Below are positions 36,751 through 48,803 of a stretch of DNA of 64,000 nt, piece after piece. The stretch spans positions 76,448,001 to 76,512,000 of the forward strand of contig CM052817.1 in assembly GCA_028534125.1 (NCBI GenBank). Reading direction: 5' to 3'. Positions within the stretch are counted from its first letter, which is position 1; each line of letters starts with the position of its first letter. Source of the DNA: Lama glama (lineage: Eukaryota). The translations under genes were made by a program, and so were the position numbers. Under the pieces are notes generated by a model that was given only the letters and a program-made list of their open reading frames with translations, had not been told where the DNA came from and searched no databases.

Positions 36751-38984
36751 TGACCTCTTTGGCCATTGTTTGATGTAGGGGACAAGGCTTTTTATTTAAA
36801 CATGGGTTTATTACTAGAAATTCTAGCTGAGCCTTATTAATAACATATTTATAGTTTTCAGTTTTGGTTTATCTCAGTTTACTCAGAGTAAATCAACCTG
36901 CTAATCAATACAAGTATATAGTCTTTCATAGATTTTATAAGATTTTCCAGTCTTTTACCATTATCCTGTCCACACAAAATGCTGTAATTATTTCCTAAAT
37001 ATCTGACTTATCATCAGTTTTTTTTTCAATCAAAAGTATAGACAGCATCAGTCAATGAAATGAGTAGGACCGTAGAGGGTAAGAAGAGCTTCTGTGAATA
37101 CAAAAATATAAATATTAACTAAAGGTGTCAGACATTATTAAGTGTTTTGGAGAGATTAATTATACCATTAGTATTAACCCAAAATCTGTGAAGTAAGTCA
37201 GGACCCAAATTAAAACAAACCAACCATAATATACAGAATGATTAGGCAAAATCTAAAGTTAACTGGCTACTAAATGATAAAATCAATATTCAAACTCATA
37301 ACTGTCCATTCTTCCCCTATGGCATTTGTCTCTTCATAAAATGTAAACTTTATAATAACATGAAATATTCTTTAATTTCAACTAGAATATTTGAGTCAAT
37401 ATAGCTTTTCTATTTTAATAGAAAATTTTTATAAGTTCTTATTAACTGTACATTAAATTTGAAAACATTCAATGTATTTTCAACAGTAATACCTTATTGT
37501 TTAATGAATCATATATATATAAGGTAGTTTAATGCTCCATAAAGCCGGAAAATCACATATTTGGCATATACAATGACCACTTTTCTAACCCTCCTATTTC
37601 CATTAAATATTTTCAGATAGAGGAATATACTTTGTTTAAAAAATGCAATCCAATAAAATTTCAGTAAATGCTTTTTTTAGTAATCTGTGTTACCATAGTC
37701 ATTTGACAGTTTCAACTTCAAACTAAAACTGAATTAATAGCAGTCACCAAGAAGAAAATTAGGGAAGCAGAAAAAAAACAGGAATTTCAATCATGGCAAA
37801 TGCATTTTCCTTAAAGAAACATTCATTATAATATATATAATATTATAATATAATATAAAAACATTCATTATAAAAATTCTTTTTAATTTTTTTCTCTTGC
37901 AAGCTTTTTAAAGAACACTAAAGGTCATATAAATGATAGGATAATTTTTTACATAATTTTTAATAAAAATTATTTTAGCTCTGGTTCAAAAATGAATGTC
38001 TTGTATGTATTATTTTCTTGCAGTTTTTCCTTCCATTTGTCTCTTTTCTCATTTATTTTCTCTATGTTCTGCTAAAACTTCTCTACTATTTTTCATTGAC
38101 ATGAGGTAGTACTGTAACATGAGGTAGTACTGTAGTGTTGATGTCACATTAGGAAATTTATGCTGTTATTTCCTTTAAGAATTTGAATCTACTGTGGGTT
38201 TTAGTGTGCTTTGATTGCATTTTTTTAATTGTGTTTTGGTTTAGTTGACTTGAAATTTCTAGTTGGTGAACAAAAGAAGTTTCTCTAACAACTTAGTACA
38301 ATTCTTCAATAAACTACCACCAATATTAAAACTTCTGCAACTAGTACATATAAATTTAGCATTTCAGTATTTGGGCACATAAATAAGTGGTGACATTGGC
38401 AGATATGTAAGGCAAATGAAAATTTTTAAACTCATATATTTGAATATTTCAGATAATATTACTTTGATCTTCTTATACTAACCCATTTCTGCAGTTGCAC
38501 ACATGATAAATAACTTTATAAGGTGTGAATATGAATTCTGAAAACCACATGATAAAATGAAGTCCTTACTAAGGGTACCTAAATGACCACCCACCCAACA
38601 GCCATATTTCAACATGGCTTCCTTTTTGTGTGATAAAAAAGAATAACTTTGTTGAAATAATGTATGATGAGAAATGAAGCAGTCCATTATTATGATACAG
38701 AATATTGAATATAGTCTTTTTAATGCATACCATCTACATTACTTAAAACATAAGCACATCTTTTAGTATAGCTTTTGCTCATATCTGTGATGTTTATTAC
38801 TCATTTTGTAATTAAATGGCAGAATGACAACTCATGAAAAAGTAAAGCATAATTTAAATTATTAAATAAATTGATAAACAAATAAAAAGTAGTATTTTAT
38901 TTACCATAAAATGTACAACTATGTAGAAAAATCATTAGGTCTTTTCAAATTATATTCAAGTAATTGCTTTTTGGATAACAAGAA

Positions 38985-41737
38985 TGTAGTTGTCTATATA
39001 TTGTCTTTTCATTTTGTTTGTTGTTTCCTTTGCCATACAAAAGCTTTTAAGTATAATGAGGTCCAGTTTGTTTGTATTTGCTTTTACTTCCATTACTCTA
39101 GGAGACAAATCCAAAAAATAAATTGCAACAATTTATGTCAAAGAGTGTTCTGCCTATATTTTCCTCTGGGAGTTTTAGACTAGCCAGTCTCACATTTTGG
39201 TCTTAAATTCATTTTGAGTTTTTTTGTTTGTTTTTGTTTTATGGGGTGTTTTTCTGTATATGATAGAGAATTTTCTAATTTCATTCTTTTACATCTAGCT
39301 TTCCAGTTTTCCCAGCACCACTTATTGAAGAGATAGCCTTTTCTCCATTGTATATTCTTGCCTCTTTTGTCATAGATTAATTGACTATAAGTGTGTGAGT
39401 TTATTTCTGGACATTCTATCCTTTACCATTGATCTGTGTGTCTGTTTTTGTGCCAGTACCAGATTGTTTTGATTAATGAAGCTTTGTAGTATAGTCTGAA
39501 GGCAGGACACCTGATTCTTCTAGCTCCATTCTTCTTTGTCAAGATTGTTTTGACTATTCAGGGTCTTCTGTTTGCATGCAAATTTTAAAATTAAAAAAAA
39601 TTTTTGTTCCAGTTCTGTGAAAAAATGCCATTGGTAATTTTACAGGGATTGCACTGAATCTGTATATTGCTTGGGTAGTATGGCTGTTTTAACAATACTG
39701 ATTCTTCCAATCCAGGATCACAGTATATCTTTCCATCTGTTTGTGTCATCTTCAGTTTCTTTCATCAGTGTCCAACAGTTTTCAAGTACAGGTCTTTTGC
39801 CTCCTTAGTAGGTTTATTCCTAGGTATTTTATTTTGATGCAGTGGTAAATGGGGTTGTTTCCTTAAGTTGTACTTCTGGTGGTTTATGGTTAGTGTAGAG
39901 AAATATAACAGATTTCTTTATATTAATTTTGTATCCTGTAACTTAACCAAATTCATTGATGAGCTCTAGTAGTTTTCTGGTAAAATCTTTACGGTTTTCT
40001 ATGTATAGTATCATGTCATCTGCAAACAGTGACAGTTTTACTTCTTCATCCTCAATTTGGATTGCTTTTATTTCTTTTTATTCTGATTGCTGTGGCTAGG
40101 ACTTACAAAACTATGTTGAATAAAAGTGGGGAGAGTGGTCATCCTTCGTCTTGTTCCTGATCTTAGAGGAGATGCTTTCAGCTTTTCCCTATTAAGCATG
40201 ATGTTATCCATGAGTTTGTCATATATGGCCTTTATTATGTTGAGGTATGTTCCCCCTATGTCCACTTTCTGGAGAGTTTTCAGCTAAATGGATGTTGAAT
40301 TTTATCAAAAGCTTTTTCTGCATCTATTGAGACGATCATATGGTTTTTAATCCTCAATCTGTTAATATGATATATCACACTGATTTATTTGTGGATACTG
40401 ACAAATACTCACATCCCTGGGATAAATCTCACTTGATCATGGTCTATGATCCTTTTAGTGTATTGTTGGAGTCAGTTTGCTTGTAGTTTGCTGACGATTT
40501 TTACATCTACATTCGTAAGTGATATTTACTTGTAATTTTCTTTTTTTGTGATCTCTTTATTTAGTTTTGGTATCAGGGTGATGGTGTCCTCATAGAATGA
40601 GTTTGGAAGTGCTCCTTCCTCTGTAATTTTTAGGAAAGTTTCAGAAGTATAGGTGTTAACTCTTCTCCAAATATTTGGTAGAATTCACCTGTGAAGCCAT
40701 CTAGTCCTGGACTTCTGTTGGGGAGTTTTTAAATTACTTACTCAATTTTAGTTCTGTTAGTTCATTTTCTATTTCTTCCTGGTTCAGTCTTGGGACATCA
40801 TACCTTTCTAAGAATTTGTTGATTTCTTCTGGGTGTCCATTTTATTGCCATATAGTTGCCCATAGTATCCCCTTAAAAGTCTTTGTATATCTGTGATGTC
40901 AGTTGTAAATTTTCATTTGTGATTTTTATTTATTTGGACCCTCGCCCTGTTTTTCTTGATGAATCTGGCTAGAGGTTTATCCATTTTGTTTTTTTCAAAT
41001 AACCGGCTCTAGTTTCATTGATCTTTAAATTTTTTTAGTCTCTATTTCCTTTACTTCTGCTCTGATCTTTATGATTCCTTTATTTATACTAACTTTGGGT
41101 TTTGTTTGTTCTTACACCTAAAGCAGCTAGGGAAAGGTTAGGTTGTTTATTTGAGATTTTTCTTGTTTCCCTGAGGTAAGCTTGTATTGCTATAAACTTC
41201 CCTCTTAGAACTTTTTTTGCTGCATTCCATAGGTTTTGGACCATTGTTTTCATTTTGATTTGTCTCTAGGTATTTTTTTCTTCTTTGATTTCTTCACTGA
41301 GCCACTGGTTGTTTAGTAGCATATTGTTTAGCCTTCACTTTGTGTTTTTTGCAGTTTTTTTTTTCTGTAGTTGATTTCAAATCTCAGAGCACTGTGGTTG
41401 GAAAAGATACCTGATATGATTTCTATTTTCTTAAATTTACTAAGGCTAAGGCTTGCTTTGTGGCCCAGCATGTGGTCTATGTTGGAGAATGTTCCATGAA
41501 CACTTGAAAAGAATATGTATTTTTCTGCTTTCAGATGGAATGCTCTATAAATATCAATTAAGTCCATCTGGTGCAGTACACATTTAATGCTTGTGTTTCC
41601 TTACTGATTTTCTGGCCAGGTGATCTGTCCATTGATGTACATAGGGTGTTAAAGTCCCCAGCTATTATTGTGTTCTGTCAAATTCTCCCTTTACTTCTGT
41701 TAACATTTTGTTATATAGTGAAGTGTTCCTACATTTG
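38985..41737 (-). mobile_element. Internal L1 ORF2 fragment (endonuclease to post-RT), lacking 3'UTR and poly(A)
   Basis: ORFs 41328-41567 (DLIDIYRAFH...FFSSVHGTFSNIDHMLGHK) and 40068-40265 ([11 protein letters not shown]...PLRSGTR). The antisense FADD region gtcatctgcaaa lies at ~40016. Confidence 0.93.
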
Positions 41738-41748
41738 TTACATTTTTA

Positions 41749-41885
41749 GTTTTTTTTTTGTTTATTTGGCGGGGTAATTAGGTTTATTTATTTATCTTTA
41801 GAGGAGGTACTGGGGATTGAACTCAGGACCTTGTGCATGCCAAGAATGTGCCCTGCCACTCGAGCTATATATATCCTCCCCACCA
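41749..41885 (-). mobile_element. tRNA-Ala-derived SINE (Vic-1-like)
   Basis: ggtaattaggtttatttattt...ggaggtactggggattgaactcaggaccttgtgcatgc...gagctata. TSD ttacattttta (41738-41748) / ttgcattttta (41886-41896). Confidence 0.9.
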
Positions 41886-42031
41886 TTGCATTTTTAATGT
41901 ACACTTAATGTTTTAAATGGTAAATTTTACATTATATATAACCACACTTTTAAAGTTAATAAAAATTCAAATATATCAAATGTATCAGATTTTTAAAAAA
42001 TAAATGGAAAAAATTATTGTACCAAGATTCT

Positions 42032-42250
42032 GCTATTGAGTGAATTGTGTCCTCCTGGATCCAAATTCATATGTTGAACCCTAATGCCCAATTTACCCCC
42101 TTTATGTGTAAATATTTCAGTGTTTTTCCTCTCAGAAAAGATTCTCCCTTACTTCACTGTATTATGAAATGAACAAAATTTAACTTTGATACAATACTAT
42201 TATCTAATCTATATTCCATATTCAAATCACATCAATTGTCCCAATGTTAA
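42032..42250. mobile_element. Short MLT1 5' fragment (+, ~42032-42090) joined to an old L1MC-like 3'UTR fragment (-)
   Basis: tgaattgtgtcc...ccaaattcatatgttgaaccctaa is an MLT1A/B-type start. aaatttaactttgatacaatactattatctaatcta is an L1MC-type motif. Confidence 0.45.
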
Positions 42251-42685
42251 ATAGTTAAATTTGTGGGAAAAGTAACTTAAATCTTTTATTGGTTTAACCA
42301 GATGTCAAAACAGTCATCTCTTCTTTCCACCATTTCAAACACATCATTTCCTCTTTGGCATTTAGCTTGAAAGATAATTTTAAATCTCTCAGGACTACAG
42401 ATCACATCTTGAATATTTGAATGAATATGTGCACTTAATGTTGCAGGAATTTCTGTGTTGGTCCATATAGCTCCTTTGGAAATTTCATAGAACTACACTT
42501 GTGATATAATAACAACCCCTCTGCAAGATGAGTTATTATAGTTGATTTCTGTGGCTTTCTATTGTCTCACCATATCATGTTGTATTTGCATAATGTCAAT
42601 AATACCAAGACACAGATTAAAGGCTTCTCATCCATATCAAAATGAAGAAAAAAATTCCTGATGAAATTAGAAAAGCAGAGGCACT

Positions 42686-42871
42686 TTGGAAATGATAAAG
42701 AATCCAAGCTCCAGGATAGATTCAGTCTTAAGAGTGAAAGTCTATTTCCTTCCACTGCTGAACCTAGAAAAACCTTCCTATGATATACTGATGAAGAGAG
42801 CAAGAGCTACTACAGGAAGAAGTGAATAATGTTTTGCCCATGTGGGGCTTTTAGATTAACCTGAGTGATGA
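42686..42871 (+). repeat. Donor copy of a ~185-bp local direct duplication
   Basis: Aligns by eye at roughly 89% identity to 45127-45311. Confidence 0.95.
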
Positions 42872-43199
42872 CTACAATATTTACTCTTAAGACAGATGTT
42901 TTCTTTACCACATAATTAACTAATTTAAATGAACTAAATACTTAATTGGCTATCTTGAGAAGGTATTCTTAGCTCTCCTAAGGGTAAAAATATTTTATTG
43001 TGAGCCAGTATGACTGAATTGTTTTCATTAATTTACCTTCAAATTAATTCCTTGCCTGTATATTTATTCCATTTAAATTCCTCACCATTAATCTTGTGCC
43101 TCCATCTAGAAAATTATATTATGCTGGCTTATAATTCTTTTTCAGTTTGGGAATGCAGTCATTGGAAAGAATAGAACATTTTTAACTTCTAAATCTAAC

Positions 43200-44710
43200 A
43201 AACATGTGTATGCCTCTCCCTTCCCATTGCTACTGGTACAAATCAAATGCTCACTCTTCCTAACAGAAAAATTCCTATTTCCAGCCTAAGATCCTTCTAG
43301 TCATTCCTCCCACAAATTGCCAGAGTAATCTTTTTAAAACACCATTCAGCTACGTCTTCTTTTCCTGATTTAAATAATTTGGAAACTTCACAGAGGTGAA
43401 AAAAGTACTCAGCATGGCTATTGTAATCTGTTCCTTACCTGCTGCCTCTTACAAAGATTTATTTTCTCTTAGCACCTGTCTGTTCTAACCATACTGAACA
43501 TACTCCTCAAATGCAAATGACTATATCATGGCTTTTAGTTAACTGTTTTTTATTTTTATTGTTCATTTGTTTTGATGTTTCCATAGGCGTTTCCTCCAGC
43601 CACACCCTGCACTACCCACTCAAAGCAATGGGAAAACAATAGCTTTTAAAGCCATAGAAACTGGAATCCAAATTTACATTTTACCTTTTTAAGCTACAGG
43701 ACTTTTAACAACTACTTAATATTCCTAATGTCCATTTCCTATCTAGTATATTTGATAATATCATGTTCAAAAGTTTGTTACAAAGACAAAATGAAATAAG
43801 GCATAGAAGCTAGCTTCTGATCATTTCCCATTTGTATCTGTTTTTGTTTGGTTGGTTGGTTGTTTTTTGGGTTTTGTTGTTGTTGTTGTTGATTTTTAAC
43901 TGGAAGTACTGGGGATTAAACCCAGGACTTCGTGTTTGCTTAGCACACACTCTACTGTTGAGCTACACCCACCCCTCTGTATCTACATAGTCGACTTAAC
44001 TGCCTATTTTATAGCTATCTCCACATAGATGTATAACAGGCATCCTGATCTCAGCAAGTTTAAAGATAAACTCCAGAATTCATTTGTCCTCACAAACCAT
44101 ACAGATTCTCTATCCAAAAATATAATCACCACTAACTTCTCCACCCATTAGTGAATTCTTTCAGTTCAAACTCAAATATCCTGTGAAGATATCAATACCT
44201 TTTCATCCTCACTATTATTTCTTTAGTCTACACTAAAATCATTTACCCAATACCCTCTCAACAAGTTCACCAGCCTTCATGTTTGCCACCCCACAGAATT
44301 CTCTGTCCTCATACTAGAACTTCTCATGGAAGGTTAGATCATCTCATTCCCCACTCTCTGGCTTCCCATCACACTGTATTAAAGTCCTAAGTCTTTGCCT
44401 TCCCTTACAGTGAGCTTCAGAACCTGGCCGAGTCTCCTTCTCTCTCACTCACCATGAAGCAGCCAGGCTAGCTCTTCTTTCCTCTGAAACCTTACCAGGC
44501 TCCCTCTCACCTCAGGGTGGCATCAGCATGTATAAATCAGCTAAACTGATCACTTTCTTGTGAAAGGAGTCTTTGTATTTTCCTAAAGAAAAGTTCTTTG
44601 TTTACTCATTATCTGTATGTCCCACACTAGACTAAATAGATAATGTAGTTAGTAACCTTGTCTATAGATCTCACTTATGAAATCCCAGATCCAACAAAGT
44701 GTCTGACAGT
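43200..44710 (+). mobile_element. LINE-2 remnants with an embedded MIR-like segment (~43640-43810) and a SINE
   Basis: L2 motifs gccagagtaatctttttaaaac, atctccacatagatgtataacaggcatc and cccacactagact...aaagtgtctgaca. Confidence 0.55.
43840..43977 (-). mobile_element. tRNA-Ala-derived SINE (Vic-1-like) with a microsatellite-like tail
   Basis: ggaagtactggggattaaacccaggacttcgtgtttgcttagcacacactctactgttgagctacaccc. Tail decayed to (ttgg)n/(ttg)n. Perfect 7-bp TSD tgtatct (43833-43839, 43978-43984). Confidence 0.88.
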
Positions 44711-44784
44711 TTATCATACTCCAGTTGTATTATTTCTGCTCTAGGCCATGCGTTATTTAAGACTGAACTCAAATGCTAACTTTG

Positions 44785-45990
44785 TATTTTCTTTCAGTTT
44801 TAATGAGATATAATTTGATAACCAGAACTGTATACATTTAAAGTATACAGCAAAATGATTTGATTTATATACGTCATGAAGTGATTGAGTATCAAGTAAG
44901 TTTAGTGAATATCTGTTATCTCATATAGATACAGAATTTAAGAAATAGAAAAAATTTTCTCTTGTGATAAGAATTCTTAGGATTTTCTGTTAACAACTTT
45001 AATATATAACATAGAGCAGGGTTAATTATGTTTATCATGTTGTACATTACATTCCTAGTACTTAATTATCTTATAATTGGAATTTTGTAGCTTTTTAAAC
45101 TGCCTTTATCCAATTCCCTCACCCTCTTAGAAACGATAAAGAATCCAAGCTGCTAAGGTAGATTCAGTCTTAAGAGTAGAAGTCTATTTTCCTACCACTG
45201 CTAAACAGAAAACCTTCCTATGATGTACTGATAAAGAGAGCAAGAGCTACTACAGGAAGAAGTGAGGAATGTTTTGTCCACATGGGGCTTTTAGATTAAC
45301 CTGAGTGATGAACTGGACTGCACTCTCCACCCCTCTCACTGCTGTGACCACCAATTTTTCTTCTGTGAGTTTGTGTGTGTGTTTTTCAAGTATAATGGAC
45401 CTACAGTGCTATATTAGTTCCTGTTATACAACATAGTGATTTGATATTTCTATATATTTCCAACTGATCACTATAATAAGTCTAGTTACGATATGTCACC
45501 ATAAAAAGATATTACATAGTTGGTGACTACATTCCCCATACTATGCACTTCATAAGACTGATTTATTTTGCAACCAGAAGTTTGTACTTCTTAACCTCCC
45601 TGATCTATTTCTTCCCTCCCCACTGTTATCTTTCCCTCTGGAAAATACCTATTTGTGTTCTGTATCTACAACTCTTCTTATATTTGTTTTTTATCTTCTT
45701 CATTTGTTTTTTAGACTCCACATATGAGTAGAGTCAAACAGTATTTGTCTTTCTCTTTGAATTTTTTCACTCTAGATCCATCCAGGTTGTCACAAATGGC
45801 AAGAATTCACTTATTTTTATGGCTGAGTAATATTCCATTCTATATATCTATACCACATCTTCTTTCTCCATTTATCTGTTAAGGGACACTTAGGTTAAAC
45901 CTTGGCTACCATAAATAATGCTGCAATGAACACAGGGGTGAATAGATATTTTCTAATTAGCAGTTTTATTTTCTTTGGATAAATACCCAG
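44785..45990 (-). mobile_element. Older L1 3'UTR end, interrupted by the duplicated segment
   Basis: ttaatgagatataatttgata...aagtttagtgaatatc...; ttagactccacatatgagt; ttatggctgagtaatattccatt; tttggataaatacccaga. Confidence 0.88.
45127..45311 (+). repeat. Derived copy of the ~185-bp duplication, inserted in an L1 3'UTR
   Basis: Matches 42686-42871. L1 3'UTR sequence (ccaattccctcaccc | ccacccctctcactgctgtgaccaccaat) flanks it on both sides. Confidence 0.95.
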
Positions 45991-47080
45991 ACACATATGA
46001 AATTACACTAGCTTAATGAGTTGATATTTGTATATATGATGAAATGATTATCACAGTAAGTCTAGTTAACATCTGCCAACAGTAACAGTTTTAATTCTTT
46101 TCTCGTTTGGATTCCTTTTATTTTTCTTATCTGATTGCTGTGCCTACAATGTTCATACTACGTTGAATAAAAGTGGTGAGAGTGGGCATCCTTGTTCTTA
46201 ATTTTAGAGGAAACATTTTCAGCTTCTCATCATTGAACATGATGTTAGCTGTGGGGTTTGTCATATATGGCCTTTATTATGTTAAGGTATGTTTCCTTTA
46301 TGCACACTTTCTGAAAAGTTTTTATCATAAATGGATGTTGATTTTTGTTAAAAGCTTTTTCTGTACCTATTGGTGTAATACTATGGTTTTTATTCTTTAA
46401 TTTATTAATGTGGTGTATCAAATTGCTATGTGGATACTAACACATTCTTGTGTTCCTGGAATAAATCCCACTTGATGGTGTGTGATCCTTTCAATGTATT
46501 GTTAAATTCAGTTTTCTAATATTTTGTTGAGGCTTTTTACATGAATTTCATTAGTAATATTGGCTTCTGATTTTCTTTTTAGTGATATCTTTGTCTGGTT
46601 TTGATATCACGGTAATGCTGGTCTTATAGAATGAGTTTGAAAACATTCCTTCTGCAATTTTTTGGAATACTTTGAGAAACCTAGGTGTTAACTCTTCTCT
46701 AAATAGTTGGTAGAATTCACCTATGAAGCCATCTGGTCCTGGACAGTTGTTTGTTGGTAGTTTTTTAAACTACTGGTAATTTCATTAATGGCAATTAGTC
46801 TGTTTATATTTTCAAGTTCCTCCTGGTTCAGTCTTGGGAGATTGTACATTTCTAGGAATTTGTCCATTTTTCTCTGTCCATTTCATTGTCATATAATTGT
46901 TCACAGTAATCTCTTAGGATCCTTTGTATTTCTATAGTATTGATTTTAACTTTTTTAAATTTAGATTGTTTTGTCTTGGCCCCTCTATTTTCCTGATGAG
47001 TCTGGCTTGGGGTTTATCAATTTGGTTTATCATTTCAAAGATCCAGTTCTTAGTCCATTGATATTTCTGAAATGCTAACT
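45991..47080 (-). mobile_element. L1 piece: short 3'UTR fragment fused to the ORF2 RT region
   Basis: gaaatgattatcacagtaagtctagttaacatc (3'UTR) runs directly into catctgccaacagtaacagtttt and continuous antisense ORF2. Confidence 0.85.
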
Positions 47081-47274
47081 TCTTTATAACTATTGTTAAC
47101 ATATCTCCCCAATCTCCTATACTAATATTTGCATTTCTCAGTTGAACATTTAACACATTATTGTTTTTGTCTGATACATTTTTCAGTTTCCAAACATTAC
47201 TTAAATCTAAAATCTATAGCTTTAACTTTCTATAACTGGGAACTATCAAAGTAGTTAGCAAGAAATTAACAAGT

Positions 47275-48303
47275 TATTTCACATAACTAGAACAGATCAT
47301 AATAAAATATATATGGAACCACAGAAGACCTAGAATTGCCAAAGCATTATTGAAGAAAAAGAAAGAGGTTGGAGGAATAACTCTCCCAGACTTCAGACAA
47401 TATTATAGAGCTACAGTAATCAAGACAGCATGGTATTGGTATAAAAAACAGACATATAGACCAATGGAACAGAATAGAGAGCCCAGAAATGAACTCACAA
47501 ACTTTTGGTCAACTAAACTTCAACAAAGGAGGCAAGAATATACAATGGAATAAAGACAATCTCTTCAGCAAATGGTGTTGGGAAAACTAGACAGAAGCAT
47601 GTAAATTAATGAAGCTAGAACAGTCCCTTACACCATACACAAAAATAAACTCAAAATGGATCAAAGACTTAAACATAAGACAAGATACAATAAACCTCCT
47701 AGAAGAAAACATAGGCAAAACATTATCTGACATACATCTCAAAAATGTTCTCCTAAGGCAGTCTACCCAAGCAATAGAAATAAAAGCAAGAACAGACAAA
47801 TGGGACCTAACTAAATTTACAAGCTTCTGCATAGGAAAGGAAACCATAAGTAAAACAAAACAGCAACCTTCAGAATGGGAAAAAATTTTTGCAAATGATG
47901 AAACCGACAAAGGATTGATCTCCAGAAAATATAAGCAGCTTATACGACTTAATAAGAAAGAAACAAACAACCCAATCGAAAAATGTGCAGAAGACCTAAA
48001 CAAGCAATTCTCCAAGGAAGACATACAAATGATCAATAGGCACAAGAAAAAAAATGCTCTATATCACTAGTTATCAGAGAAATGCAAATCAAAACTATGA
48101 TGAGGTTATCACCTCACACCAGCCAGAATGGCCATCATTCAAAAGTCTACAAATGACAAATGCTGGGGAGGCTGTGGAGAAAGGGGAACCCTCCTACACT
48201 GCTGGTGGGAATGCAGTTTGGTGCAGCCCCTGTGGAAAACAGTATGGAGATCCCTCAAAAGACTAGGAATAGACTTACCATATGACTCAGGAATCCTGCT
48301 CCT
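47275..48303 (+). mobile_element. Young L1 ORF2 C-terminal region running into the assembly gap
   Basis: ORFs [39 protein letters not shown]...KWDL...EWEKIFAN and [27 protein letters not shown]. Several frameshifts and stops. Confidence 0.96.
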
Positions 48304-48803
48304 NNNNNNNNNNNNNNNNNNNNNNNNNNNNNNNNNNNNNNNNNNNNNNNNNNNNNNNNNNNNNNNNNNNNNNNNNNNNNNNNNNNNNNNNNNNNNNNNN
48401 NNNNNNNNNNNNNNNNNNNNNNNNNNNNNNNNNNNNNNNNNNNNNNNNNNNNNNNNNNNNNNNNNNNNNNNNNNNNNNNNNNNNNNNNNNNNNNNNNNNN
48501 NNNNNNNNNNNNNNNNNNNNNNNNNNNNNNNNNNNNNNNNNNNNNNNNNNNNNNNNNNNNNNNNNNNNNNNNNNNNNNNNNNNNNNNNNNNNNNNNNNNN
48601 NNNNNNNNNNNNNNNNNNNNNNNNNNNNNNNNNNNNNNNNNNNNNNNNNNNNNNNNNNNNNNNNNNNNNNNNNNNNNNNNNNNNNNNNNNNNNNNNNNNN
48701 NNNNNNNNNNNNNNNNNNNNNNNNNNNNNNNNNNNNNNNNNNNNNNNNNNNNNNNNNNNNNNNNNNNNNNNNNNNNNNNNNNNNNNNNNNNNNNNNNNNN
48801 NNN
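48304..48803. other. Assembly gap (500 N)
   Basis: Run of exactly 500 n. Confidence 1.

Noticed and set aside
38101..38150. let-7 family miRNA gene
   Set aside because: Only the first 10 nt match, the rest differs, and no complementary arm is visible.
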